Below are positions 45,156 through 55,231 of a stretch of 64,000 nucleotides of DNA, one piece after another. The notes under the pieces were generated by a model. It was given only the letters and a program-made list of their open reading frames with translations. It was not told the DNA's origin and ran no database searches. Location of the stretch: IMG/VR virus record IMGVR_UViG_3300000117_000020, positions 1 through 64,000 of that record; one strand, given 5' to 3'. Within the stretch, counting starts at the first letter, position 1; every line of letters starts with the position of its first letter. This DNA comes from an uncultured virus (IMG/VR IMGVR_UViG_3300000117_000020). Taxonomy: Duplodnaviria > Heunggongvirae > Uroviricota > Caudoviricetes > Crassvirales. The position numbers were made by a program, and so were the translations under genes.

Positions 45156-48100
45156 ATGGCAAAAACAACTAAGTATACTTCAACTATTGACGACAGATTT
45201 TCTAGTTTTGATGGCAAGTCTGTATTTGGTAATGGGTCAACTCCTATAACCGCATACACAAATACTTCTCCTAAATTTGTACAGGGAGTTGCGTATTTGC
45301 AATCTAATAATCATTTAAAAATTGATATTAGATCTAATATGCGTTATGAGTATGATCGTGTAGCAACAGTAGTAGATCATGATTATGTTTCTGGTATAGA
45401 TTTTGATTATGAAAGCGATGGTAAAATACTTATTACTTATAAAAACTGGACAAAAAGACAAGCGTCTAGTAAAACTTTAACATTACAGTTTATTTCTGGA
45501 TTTAAAAAAACAATTGTTTTAAAAGTACCAGGACTGGCTTCTAAACTAAATGATGATGTAGAAAATACTATTGCATCGTTTACAACTTCACCTTATGAAA
45601 ATATGATGTCTTTAGATTTTTCTAATGACAAACGAAGTATCAATTCTATTGTAGGAGCAGTATATCCAAAACAAGATCCATACGATGTATACAATTATAC
45701 AGGAACATATCAACTAAACTTACCTTTTGCATATTATATAAACTCATCTTATTTAAATGAGATTTTTGTAGAACAAGGTGTTACTTCAACTAATAACGAT
45801 GTAGATAATGGAATATCTAATCGAGGTGTAGGACATTTATATTCTGGTAGAAATGAACAAGAAATACATTTTGTAAATCTACTTACAACAAATACAAATT
45901 TAGGTACAAATCAAGATGTTTTAAATAATTTAAATACAGCACCATTTACTTATGGTTTTACATACGCATCTAATTTATATTTTATAGCAGATGATGCACA
46001 AGAATATCAAGTATGTATGGAACCAGGTAATCCTTCTTTTTTCCTAACATCTGGAAATGATTGTGATGGAACTACTATAGGAACTCCTTATACAAATAAA
46101 AGATTTGTAGATGGGCATTGTTGTAATTCTGGATGTGATGATTTTTCTATAACAGTAGAAAATACAAGTCCTGAACAACGTGATGCTGCAAATACTAACG
46201 GTTCTATTTTAGTAACAGTAACTGGAGGTACAGCTAATTATACATATGTATTAACTAAATTTGGAGCCACAGGTGCAGGAACAGAAGTTTCATCTGGAGC
46301 TAAATCAGGTACTACACATTCATTTACAAGTTTAATTAGACAAGATTCTAATACTAAACCGTATTTAGTTACAGTAACTGATGGTACTAGTTGTGTAAAA
46401 ACTGTTCATATAAGTCTTCAAACTAAAATAAATCAAGAAGAGATAACATCTGGAGTTTGTACAGATGCTTCGGCTGCAAATTATGATGATACTGGTTATA
46501 TTATTAATAAAGATGCTACTTGTTTTTTCTGTATGGAAAATGATGCTTATGGTAATCCGTACAATGGTTTAACATATGGAGATGATGATGGCGGGCACAA
46601 TAGAGCAGTAGGTGTAGATTTTGTAGCCAATAGTGGGTCTGTAGTTAATCATTCTCTAAGTCTAGGTGGTACATCAGGATCAATACAGTTTTCGGGAGAG
46701 TTATTTCCTCCTCTAGCAGATCATATAGCATCTGATGCTAATGAAGCTTATAAGTTAAAGTTACATACACTAGGAAGCGGGGAAAATGCAAATAATAAAA
46801 CTAAGGCAGAAATTTTAGCTTTAACAGCTACTTCTACTGTAGCAGTAGATGCAAATTTTCAATATACTTTTGCAGGTTTAGCTAAAGGATGGTATGCTAT
46901 TGAAGCATATGTAGAAGAGGTTCCTAATGTTGCTAATTGTAAAAGTGTTCATAGATTTCAAATAGGGTATGCAGGATGTACAGATCGTAATGCAAATAAT
47001 TATGATCCTAATGCTACATATCATGTACAAAATGTTTGTAAATATAATTGCAGTGAAGATAGTGTAAATATTATTTCTAATGATACAAATCAAGCTTGTG
47101 TAAAAAGCTTAAGTATCGGTAGAGGTTCTTATGATGTAATTAATTGGGTAATTGGGGGAGAAAGAAAACAAGGGTTTGGTCCGCACTTAGCATCTGAAGG
47201 AGATTATGTAGAAGTAATGGTAGAAAATACTCAAACTAAATGTACACAAAGAGGAGCAATGCATATAACAGAAACAGACTGTAATAGAAATATTTCTGCT
47301 ACATCTAGAATGTTAATAATGCAAGAAACTGCTGCAATGGGTGGATGTACAGATCAAACAGCTGCTAATTATAATTGTGATGCAGAATGGGATAATGGAT
47401 CATGTATACCTGTACTTTTAGGTTGTACAGATATGTCAGCAGCAAATTATAATCCTGATGCTAATATAGACAATGGTCAATGTGTGTATGGAATTTTAGG
47501 ATGTACAAATTCTTTAGCTTTAAACTACAATCCACTAGCTACAATTGCAAATAATGAATCTTGTGATACTTGTCCTGTATTTGGGGATACTGGTGGCGGA
47601 TATTCTAATTTAGGACTTTTAACATTTGACGGGGCATTATCAGGAAGTGATTTAACTTCTGCAATACAAGCAGGAACATTTGATATATATGCAACTGGAA
47701 ATTTAATTTTTACATGGAGTACCTTTACAATAATTGGGGGTTATGTAAATTATCTTCCTGCAGGAGTAGAAATAAATATATATAAACTTCCAATGGGAGC
47801 TGGGACTATTAATGGAAATTCTATAAATGATTACCAATTCCCAATAAAAGAAAAAATGGATATAACACCTGACGGCTATGGAAAAGTTACAGGATTAGAT
47901 TCACCAAATTATAATAATCCTTTATTTGGAACTTGGAATGCAGATGGCAGTTTAAATCCTGGTACAGTATCAGCTTGGACAATGGTTCAGCCTTTAGAGT
48001 ATGGAACAGGAGAATATGGATATTATATAGTTGAAATGGTAATTCCTGCTGGAGATGGAAAATTTTGTTATAATTATAATTCACAAGGGCAAATAATTAA

Positions 48101-49094
48101 TGATAATTCAGGAGCTACGAGTGTTTCATTTGGTTACAGTCTAAATAGTAATGACCCGTCTGTACAATATTATGATGTTAATGGAATCTCAAGTTATTTA
48201 GCTAATGACGTTATTGGTTGTGTAGATAAATATGCATCTAATTATACAGGAGCTGGAATAGGATCAATAAATTTAGTATATCTTATTCAACAAGGAACAA
48301 GTAATACTCCCGCTCAGGCAGGTGATTTTTATGTTAATCAACTTATGTTAGATCAACCTGAAGTGTTTGGTATGTGTACATTTAGTGCAAATCAACCTGA
48401 ATGTTTACCTTTAAATAAAACACAAAAAGAAAAATATTTAACCGATTGCACATATAATGGAGTAGGTAATTGGTATACAAGATTGTTAGGAGGATCTAAA
48501 GATAATTGTGAAGATAGAAATATAATGATAATGTCTTTTATAAAATACTTAGTATCTAAAAATGGATTAGATTGTATACACAATTGTGCAGATTCAGCAA
48601 CTCCAAATTATCCTGAAAAGAAAACATGTGAAGACATTTGGAAAGAAGGTGGTAGTATAGAATGGACACAAACTAATAATACAGGACAAGGAAATGGATC
48701 TTATGGAACTAATGCATATATAAAAATGACAACACAGTTTCCTTGGTTAGGAGATCAAGCTCCTAATACTATTCATAAGGTAAATAATAATTGTGGATCA
48801 AATTGTGGTAATCCTTATGGAACAGGATTTAGCAACTTTGATATATGCATAGATCCAAAAATTATAACAGAAAATACAAATTATTTAGATAAATTTTATA
48901 AATTTGCAAGTGACTACTGTAAATCATGTAGTCCTTGTTCATATTTAGTAGGAAATAGTAATAGTGTTATTGGAAGTAATGTTAACACAACCGAGCCATA
49001 TACTTACAATATAGTAGATAATGGCATTCAAGTAGGAGGAATTAATTTAGAAGTAGACGGTGATGATGTAACAATAACTGACGAAGGACCTTAA
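45156..49094 (+). CDS. Large fibre/adhesin-like protein with a SprB-like repeat and GCTD-NY repeats
   Basis: 1312 aa; NGSILVTVTGGTANYTY...VTVTDGTSC plus about 6 GCxDxxAxNY repeats. Confidence 0.7.
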   Translation: MAKTTKYTSTIDDRFSSFDGKSVFGNGSTPITAYTNTSPKFVQGVAYLQSNNHLKIDIRSNMRYEYDRVATVVDHDYVSGIDFDYESDGKILITYKNWTKRQASSKTLTLQFISGFKKTIVLKVPGLASKLNDDVENTIASFTTSPYENMMSLDFSNDKRSINSIVGAVYPKQDPYDVYNYTGTYQLNLPFAYYINSSYLNEIFVEQGVTSTNNDVDNGISNRGVGHLYSGRNEQEIHFVNLLTTNTNLGTNQDVLNNLNTAPFTYGFTYASNLYFIADDAQEYQVCMEPGNPSFFLTSGNDCDGTTIGTPYTNKRFVDGHCCNSGCDDFSITVENTSPEQRDAANTNGSILVTVTGGTANYTYVLTKFGATGAGTEVSSGAKSGTTHSFTSLIRQDSNTKPYLVTVTDGTSCVKTVHISLQTKINQEEITSGVCTDASAANYDDTGYIINKDATCFFCMENDAYGNPYNGLTYGDDDGGHNRAVGVDFVANSGSVVNHSLSLGGTSGSIQFSGELFPPLADHIASDANEAYKLKLHTLGSGENANNKTKAEILALTATSTVAVDANFQYTFAGLAKGWYAIEAYVEEVPNVANCKSVHRFQIGYAGCTDRNANNYDPNATYHVQNVCKYNCSEDSVNIISNDTNQACVKSLSIGRGSYDVINWVIGGERKQGFGPHLASEGDYVEVMVENTQTKCTQRGAMHITETDCNRNISATSRMLIMQETAAMGGCTDQTAANYNCDAEWDNGSCIPVLLGCTDMSAANYNPDANIDNGQCVYGILGCTNSLALNYNPLATIANNESCDTCPVFGDTGGGYSNLGLLTFDGALSGSDLTSAIQAGTFDIYATGNLIFTWSTFTIIGGYVNYLPAGVEINIYKLPMGAGTINGNSINDYQFPIKEKMDITPDGYGKVTGLDSPNYNNPLFGTWNADGSLNPGTVSAWTMVQPLEYGTGEYGYYIVEMVIPAGDGKFCYNYNSQGQIINDNSGATSVSFGYSLNSNDPSVQYYDVNGISSYLANDVIGCVDKYASNYTGAGIGSINLVYLIQQGTSNTPAQAGDFYVNQLMLDQPEVFGMCTFSANQPECLPLNKTQKEKYLTDCTYNGVGNWYTRLLGGSKDNCEDRNIMIMSFIKYLVSKNGLDCIHNCADSATPNYPEKKTCEDIWKEGGSIEWTQTNNTGQGNGSYGTNAYIKMTTQFPWLGDQAPNTIHKVNNNCGSNCGNPYGTGFSNFDICIDPKIITENTNYLDKFYKFASDYCKSCSPCSYLVGNSNSVIGSNVNTTEPYTYNIVDNGIQVGGINLEVDGDDVTITDEGP

Positions 49095-49118
49095 TTAAAC
49101 AAAATAAAATAAAACAAT

Positions 49119-50717
49119 ATGGCAGAAATAACATCATTAACAACGTTAGCAAAAGCAAGTGTAGTATCTACAGATTATGTTTTAGTAGCTAACAGTAGTA
49201 CAAAAAAAGCAAAAAAATTACAAGCGCAAACTTTATTTCCTTCGTTAACAACTTTAGGAACAAGCAGTGAAGCTTTGTTCGTAAATGTTACAAATAGCAA
49301 TCAAATAAACTTAAAAGGTTTAAAATCTGCTGACGCTACAAAATTAACTGTTACAACTGCTAGCAATAATTTAGTCTTAACATTAGTAGAATCAGGAATA
49401 GATTTAAATAACTGTGATAATACTACATCAGGCTTTTTATCTTCTGTAGATTTAGACGGAACAGTTTCAGGTACATTAACACCATTACGAGGAGGTACTG
49501 GTATAGCAGGTATTACAAAAGGCTCTGTATTGTATGGAAGTAATACAAATGCAATTGCAGAAGCGGCTTTAACTGCAAATGGTAATATATTAGTTGGTAA
49601 TAGTAGTAATGGGTATCCTAGTGTAGGAGCAATTACAAGTACAGGTGGATCTATAACGGTAAATTCATCTGCTACACCAGGTAATATTAATCTAGAAATA
49701 GCTTCAACAAATAACTTAACAGGACATTTAGATTGTAATGCATATCATATTAATTTAGATGATGCTGCAGGAAATAGTTTTTTAAGTGGTAATGGATCAG
49801 CAGAAGGTGTGCATGTAGATGCAGACGGTAAAGTATATATTGGGGATGATACTCCTACAGTATTTGCAGGAGGTGCGGCACTAAACATAATAACTGAAGG
49901 CTTAGCAAATGGTATTCAATTTGGTAACACAAGTGGTACTTATGGTAAAGGTGGAGGATTAAAATGGTTAGATAGAACAACTAGTGGAAATGCTATGGAT
50001 GCAATTTTAACAGGTGCAAATGGACATACTAATGGAGATGGCGGTGATATAAATTTAACAGCAGGGGCAGGAGTTGGAAGTGGTGATGGAGGAAATATTA
50101 CATTAACTGCAGGAGATGCAGCATCAGGTACGCCTGGAAAAATTATATTAAGAACTGAAACAGCAGGAGGAACAGCTACTACAGCTATGTCAATTGATTT
50201 GTATCAAAATGCAAGTTTTACAGCAGGTGTAGCAAATCCAACTGGAGTTATGGGTTCAACTATATCTTCTAAATCTCAAATAGATAATGGAGCTAGTACC
50301 GCACTTGTTAAAAATACACATAATTTATCACCTGCAGATGGGAATGCTGTTACATTAACATTACCTACAATTGCAAACTCAGCAGTTGGGGATACTATTA
50401 TTGTAGAATACCAAGTTGGAATTAATAATGGGCAGACACATAAATATGGAACATCAACAGAAATGTTAATGGGAGGATCTGCATGTTATAGAATGGACGG
50501 ATCAACAGGATCAGCTGTAGGTTTAATACAAACAGTAGATGTTGCAGATGGAACAGGTGATGATTTTTTAAACTTAATAGGACTAACTAATGCAGGCCCA
50601 GGCATTGGTACGTATGTAATATTTACATTTAATGGGTCAAAATGGCGAGCAGAAGCAAGATGCACATCATCAGGAACTGGTGTTGCTGCAAACTTATCTG
50701 TATTTGCTACAAGTTAA
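49119..50717 (+). CDS. Tail/head fibre protein
   Basis: Gly/Thr/Ala-rich; GTL...RGGTG and repeated GGDINLTAG-type motifs. Confidence 0.7.
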   Translation: MAEITSLTTLAKASVVSTDYVLVANSSTKKAKKLQAQTLFPSLTTLGTSSEALFVNVTNSNQINLKGLKSADATKLTVTTASNNLVLTLVESGIDLNNCDNTTSGFLSSVDLDGTVSGTLTPLRGGTGIAGITKGSVLYGSNTNAIAEAALTANGNILVGNSSNGYPSVGAITSTGGSITVNSSATPGNINLEIASTNNLTGHLDCNAYHINLDDAAGNSFLSGNGSAEGVHVDADGKVYIGDDTPTVFAGGAALNIITEGLANGIQFGNTSGTYGKGGGLKWLDRTTSGNAMDAILTGANGHTNGDGGDINLTAGAGVGSGDGGNITLTAGDAASGTPGKIILRTETAGGTATTAMSIDLYQNASFTAGVANPTGVMGSTISSKSQIDNGASTALVKNTHNLSPADGNAVTLTLPTIANSAVGDTIIVEYQVGINNGQTHKYGTSTEMLMGGSACYRMDGSTGSAVGLIQTVDVADGTGDDFLNLIGLTNAGPGIGTYVIFTFNGSKWRAEARCTSSGTGVAANLSVFATS

Positions 50718-50746
50718 TAATTAAACTAAACTAAACTAAAATTTAT

Positions 50747-51160
50747 ATGGCAACAATAGAATTAAAAACAACAAATGGAGAATTAGTAGATCTAATGAAT
50801 GGTTTATTTTCTTCTCAAGATATTAAAGGTAAAGATTTTGCTTTGACAGTATCAAATAACATTTCTACATTACAAGGGCATTTAGCTCATATTGAAGAAG
50901 CAGGGAAACCTACTGAAGAATTTGTAAAATTTGCAAGTGAAATTAGAGCTGCTCAAGAAGCACAAGATACTGATAGTGTAAAAGAAATGGAGAATGCAAA
51001 TGCTACTCTTATAGCAGAAAGAAAAAATCAACTTGATAAAGTACAAGATATGCTTAAAAAAGATGCAGATCCTATTACTTTAGAAATTGTAAAAAAAGAT
51101 TCTCTTCCTAATGATGTAACAGCAAGACAAGTTAGTAACTTACAAAAAATAATAATATAA
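50747..51160 (+). CDS. Hypothetical helical protein (possible fibre chaperone)
   Basis: 137 aa directly after the fibre gene. Confidence 0.55.
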   Translation: MATIELKTTNGELVDLMNGLFSSQDIKGKDFALTVSNNISTLQGHLAHIEEAGKPTEEFVKFASEIRAAQEAQDTDSVKEMENANATLIAERKNQLDKVQDMLKKDADPITLEIVKKDSLPNDVTARQVSNLQKIII

Positions 51161-51161
51161 T

Positions 51162-51482
51162 ATGGCAAGAACAGAATTAGAACAGTTACTTGAACAAGTA
51201 ACTAATTCAATAAAAATTGCAGATGCAAAATCTCATGGAGAGAATGGAGCATTTTTAATTACAGATACAGATTCACATACTGCAGCTGGAGGATGGAATG
51301 CAATTACTTTTATGGAGAATACAGTATTTAATGCAATTACTGCTTCTAACTGGAGCGGTGATACAATTACTGGTGAAACTTTTGCTGAAGGTTTAACTAT
51401 ATATGGTGACTTTACAGTAATAGATCTTACTAGTGGTGCATGTATTGCATATTTTGCAACTGCTAATAATACTGTAACGTAG
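51162..51482 (+). CDS. Small beta-rich structural protein
   Basis: 106 aa ending in GLTIYGDFT.IDLTSGACIAY. Confidence 0.6.
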   Translation: MARTELEQLLEQVTNSIKIADAKSHGENGAFLITDTDSHTAAGGWNAITFMENTVFNAITASNWSGDTITGETFAEGLTIYGDFTVIDLTSGACIAYFATANNTVT

Positions 51483-51483
51483 T

Positions 51484-52356
51484 ATGGGATTAAGTATCTC
51501 TAAACAAGCAAGTAGTACCGCTCCTAAATTTAGAAAAAAATCAATGTCTAAAATGAAGGGCGGTCCTGTGCTATGGATTGATTTTACAGATAGAAGAACT
51601 GTTTACAGCGATGGCTCACAAACTTTAGTAAATCATAGTGAGTCTATACAAGTTGTTGAAAACAAGGCTTTTGATAGAAGATTTGGAAGAGGTAGTGGTT
51701 TATCTTTAGGTGCAAGTTTACAACAAAGTGTTACAATTAGAAAACCTACATTTAGAACTAATGGACAAAATGGTAAAAGCTATGCTTTATTTAATGGTCT
51801 TCTTAATAGGTTAGAAGCAACTACAACTGTGGGAAATGTATCTACAGATGTACTTAGTGGTAGTAGATTAGCAGGAGATAATTTAACTGTATTTTTTGTA
51901 GCAAAAAATTTAACTTCTACACCAGGAGCAGATGGAATATTAACGATACAGGCTCATGATGGTGCAGTTGGAGGAGATCCTATAATAATAGGTACTCAGA
52001 GTAATCATCACTATCGAGCGTTTATAGGAGACCAGACAGATAAAAATGGTACTGTTATTTTAGATAGTGGTACTCAAGCAACAACTAATACTGAACTTTG
52101 GACAGTAATAATGACAACTGATGGCGCTAGTTCTTTTTATAAAAACGGAGATACTTCAGCTGGTACTACAAGTGGAGCAAGTAAAGATCATACTTATGAT
52201 CTTAGATTTAACAGTACTAATGGATTTATTTATATTGGTCAGGGCTCTGGTGGTTGGCAAGGGCATATTTATGAAGTTTTAGTATTTGATTCAGTTTTAC
52301 CCGAGAAAGAAGTAAAAGAAATAGAAAGACAATTAAAACAAAAATATAATTTATAA
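51484..52356 (+). CDS. LamG/ConA-like lectin-fold fibre protein
   Basis: LWIDF.D, PTF, F.G...L, TVFFVA, YKNG, IG...G.IYEVLVFD..L...E..L..KY. Confidence 0.7.
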   Translation: MGLSISKQASSTAPKFRKKSMSKMKGGPVLWIDFTDRRTVYSDGSQTLVNHSESIQVVENKAFDRRFGRGSGLSLGASLQQSVTIRKPTFRTNGQNGKSYALFNGLLNRLEATTTVGNVSTDVLSGSRLAGDNLTVFFVAKNLTSTPGADGILTIQAHDGAVGGDPIIIGTQSNHHYRAFIGDQTDKNGTVILDSGTQATTNTELWTVIMTTDGASSFYKNGDTSAGTTSGASKDHTYDLRFNSTNGFIYIGQGSGGWQGHIYEVLVFDSVLPEKEVKEIERQLKQKYNL

Positions 52357-53408
52357 TGAAAAATATATTAATTTTGCTTATCTTTATAAGCAGTGTATGT
52401 AACGGTCAAATAAAAGATTTCTTTAAATACTCTACATTCTACACATCTATGAGCATGAATACTTCTTTTACTGAAAGAGAAAATTATGTAGCTATAGATA
52501 AAGGTTATCAAGATGTTACAGATATTAATCCTTATGATTATAATTTAACCGTAGGAATTCGTAAAATAGCAAGATTTGATTATGAATATAAAGTTAAAAC
52601 GTGGTACTATGGTACTGAAAGAGCTGTTTCAGACAACGTTACTATTGGTAATGCTAATGGCTGGGAGTATCTTTTTAATTATTCTTTTATACGGAATCGC
52701 GGTGAAAAATTTACTGATCAAAATTTTTGGATTAGATATTTAGGAACTAAATGTGTAACCAAAGCACAATATAAAAACAATCAGCGAGTAAATTTACAAT
52801 TTACTTCTTTTGATACAAGATATAGAATAAACTCAGGAAACTGGGATTTTACAGTAGGAGCGGTGGTTAGAGCTCATCCTGCTTATGGCTTTGTACCTAT
52901 TAGGGACTTTTGGGTACCTGGCGAGTCATCCTTTCAACAATTAGCAGAGGACTTTGGATATGCTCCAGAACAATGGATTCAAGGATTTTATGTTAATAAT
53001 AACTGGTATGATGTATCAGAAGGTGATTCTACTCTTGTAGCAACAAGTAATGATGAGTTCTTTAACCACTACTTTGGAAGTGCAGTTGCACGTTTTAATG
53101 AAAGAGAATTAGATAAATTAGGAATACAAAAAGAATTAAGTGCAGTAATAGGAATTGCATATTACAAATATACACCTAAGTTTTGGTTACATGCTTGGGT
53201 TAATTGTTTACCGTATCATTATGGCTTAGATGATTACTCTTTTGAGTACGGTACACAAGATCTAGATTGGTTAGAATGGGATGCAGGAATAGTATTTGGA
53301 CAAAGGATAACAAAAAATTTAGGATTATTTATAGAGGGGACACATATGAAGTACTGGGAAAAACCAGTATATGAAGTAAAATTTGGGTTTAACTATTTAT
53401 TCTTTTAA
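52356..53408 (+). CDS. Putative outer-membrane beta-barrel protein with a Sec signal peptide
   Basis: Signal peptide MKNILILLIFISSVCNG/Q, aromatic-rich alternating strands, and a C-terminal beta-signal-like YEVKFGFNYLFF. Confidence 0.65.
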   Translation: MKNILILLIFISSVCNGQIKDFFKYSTFYTSMSMNTSFTERENYVAIDKGYQDVTDINPYDYNLTVGIRKIARFDYEYKVKTWYYGTERAVSDNVTIGNANGWEYLFNYSFIRNRGEKFTDQNFWIRYLGTKCVTKAQYKNNQRVNLQFTSFDTRYRINSGNWDFTVGAVVRAHPAYGFVPIRDFWVPGESSFQQLAEDFGYAPEQWIQGFYVNNNWYDVSEGDSTLVATSNDEFFNHYFGSAVARFNERELDKLGIQKELSAVIGIAYYKYTPKFWLHAWVNCLPYHYGLDDYSFEYGTQDLDWLEWDAGIVFGQRITKNLGLFIEGTHMKYWEKPVYEVKFGFNYLFF

Positions 53409-53410
53409 TT

Positions 53411-54130
53411 ATGAAAAAATTATTTATAATACTATTTGCGTTTATTGGCTCGTTTGCTAATGCGCAAGATTACGATTTTCAGCAGTTATGTTTAAACTGT
53501 GCAGAGCAACAAGGTTATTATTGCGGAGATGATCCAGCAAACTGGACACAATACTCACCTGATGGGTGTGTACCTAACGGTCCAGATCTATTTTATCTTA
53601 ATGATGGATGGGAAGATTGTGTTGATGGATCTGATGAAGCAGAAGCTGTACCAACAACTATAGAAAGTTGTGGACCAATTGGACCACCACCTTGTGATAC
53701 GGTTTACGTAGATATTCCTGTAATAGAATATATATACGAAACAATATTTGATACTATAGTTAATACAGAATATGTATACAACATTGTAATAGACACTGTA
53801 GAAGTAGAAGTGTTTGTTCCAGAATACATTTATATAACAGACACAGTAACCATTTACGAAGACATCTTAGATACTCTTTTTGTAGATGTTATTGAATATG
53901 TTGACGTATTTATTTACGATACAATTGTAGAAATAGAATATGTAGAGTTTATAGAATATGTTACAGAATACATAGATTGTGATACAGGGCAACCTTGTAA
54001 CTCGTCTATAGATGAATTAATAAATAAATCTAAATCCAACAATATACTATATAATTTAAACGGACAGGCTATAAAAGAGCGTGAAGGTTTATATATAGAA
54101 GATGGTAAAATTAAATATAAATTAAATTAA
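53411..54130 (+). CDS. Secreted protein: signal peptide, LDL-receptor-A-like motif, DT(V/I/L) repeat stalk, T9SS-CTD-like tail
   Basis: MKKLFIILFAFIGSFANA/Q; NDGWEDCVDGSDE; ILYNLNGQ...GLYIEDGK. Confidence 0.65.
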   Translation: MKKLFIILFAFIGSFANAQDYDFQQLCLNCAEQQGYYCGDDPANWTQYSPDGCVPNGPDLFYLNDGWEDCVDGSDEAEAVPTTIESCGPIGPPPCDTVYVDIPVIEYIYETIFDTIVNTEYVYNIVIDTVEVEVFVPEYIYITDTVTIYEDILDTLFVDVIEYVDVFIYDTIVEIEYVEFIEYVTEYIDCDTGQPCNSSIDELINKSKSNNILYNLNGQAIKEREGLYIEDGKIKYKLN

Positions 54131-54142
54131 AATATATATATT

Positions 54143-54439
54143 ATGGCAAATAAAACAAATGACGGAAAAAAGAAAGGTTTGGTAGACAAAATTAAAAGCA
54201 CTAAAGTAGGCAAGTTTGTGTTTGATACATCATTACCTGGAATGACTTATAATGTTATTCAAAAAAATAAAAAGAAAAAGGCAGATGCAGCAGCTGCAAA
54301 AGCAGGTAAAGCAGCAGCAGTCAATGCTAAAAAAGCAAGAGATAAAAAATATGGAGAGTATGAACCTCAAACACAAAAGAAACGAAAAGGAGGAGCTAGT
54401 GGTGGTTCTTACAGTTACCAAGATTTTTTAGATCTTTAA
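54143..54439 (+). CDS. Small basic protein (paralog A)
   Basis: Lys/Ala-rich; ends YEPQTQKK...GGSYSYQDFLDL. Confidence 0.7.
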   Translation: MANKTNDGKKKGLVDKIKSTKVGKFVFDTSLPGMTYNVIQKNKKKKADAAAAKAGKAAAVNAKKARDKKYGEYEPQTQKKRKGGASGGSYSYQDFLDL

Positions 54440-54451
54440 AATATATATATT

Positions 54452-54670
54452 ATGCCAGATAAAAAAAAGAAAGGAAACGGAGGAGATAAAACAAAGGCAG
54501 GACATTATTCAAAAAAGTTTGTACCTGCTATGAAAAAAATTATTACTCAAGCAGAGAAACAAAAAGAGTCCGAAACAACAAGAAAAGGAAAAAGAATGTT
54601 AGATTATCAACCTCAAACACAAAAGAAAAAAAATGGAGGGTATTCTTATCAAGATTTTTTAGATCTATAA
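54452..54670 (+). CDS. Small basic protein (paralog B)
   Basis: Ends YQPQTQKKKNGGYSYQDFLDL. Confidence 0.7.
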   Translation: MPDKKKKGNGGDKTKAGHYSKKFVPAMKKIITQAEKQKESETTRKGKRMLDYQPQTQKKKNGGYSYQDFLDL

Positions 54671-54671
54671 T

Positions 54672-55016
54672 ATGGCAAGAGCTGTTACCATATCAACTAG
54701 ACCTTTAGAGTCTAAAACATTGTATACATATACTGTTACAAAAGATAATTTAACAGCTATGTCTAAAAAATTAGGCACTCTTATTAGAACACATAAAAAC
54801 AGTAGATTGTCTGATGAGTGCCTTGCTAATGAATTGCTTCAAATATTAAGTAAAGCAGAAGATTTAGTAAATGGAGGAGATGATAGAAAAAACTTTGGAA
54901 ACTGTAAATGTACCCATCCTCCTAGTATGGGATTTTGTGTAGAAGGAATATGTGTAATGGCAAACTTTAATTTTAGTAAACTAGAAGGTAGTATAACATT
55001 AACAATAAATTTTTAA
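54672..55016 (+). CDS. Hypothetical protein
   Basis: 114 aa with a Cys cluster. Confidence 0.65.
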   Translation: MARAVTISTRPLESKTLYTYTVTKDNLTAMSKKLGTLIRTHKNSRLSDECLANELLQILSKAEDLVNGGDDRKNFGNCKCTHPPSMGFCVEGICVMANFNFSKLEGSITLTINF

Positions 55017-55017
55017 C

Positions 55018-55230
55018 ATGAATATATTTAAAGACAACAATGATTGGAATGAAAAAGCAATAGTAGGTTTTATTGCTTTTGTAATAATGTGTATTATAAT
55101 GATGGCTGATCTAATAACAGGATGGGCAGGTTATGATCTTGTAATTAATAAATTTGTATATGATTCATTTGTATGGGTTGTATTAGGATGTTTTGGGATA
55201 AGCGGCGTAGAAAAATTTGCAAAAAAATAA
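55018..55230 (+). CDS. Two-TM membrane protein (holin-like)
   Basis: 70 aa with two hydrophobic helices, ending GVEKFAKK. Confidence 0.6.
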   Translation: MNIFKDNNDWNEKAIVGFIAFVIMCIIMMADLITGWAGYDLVINKFVYDSFVWVVLGCFGISGVEKFAKK

Positions 55231-55231
55231 T

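Noticed and set aside
54127..54670. CRISPR-like mini-array
   Set aside because: There are only two copies of each repeat, they lie in coding and leader sequence, and there are no regular spacers or cas genes.
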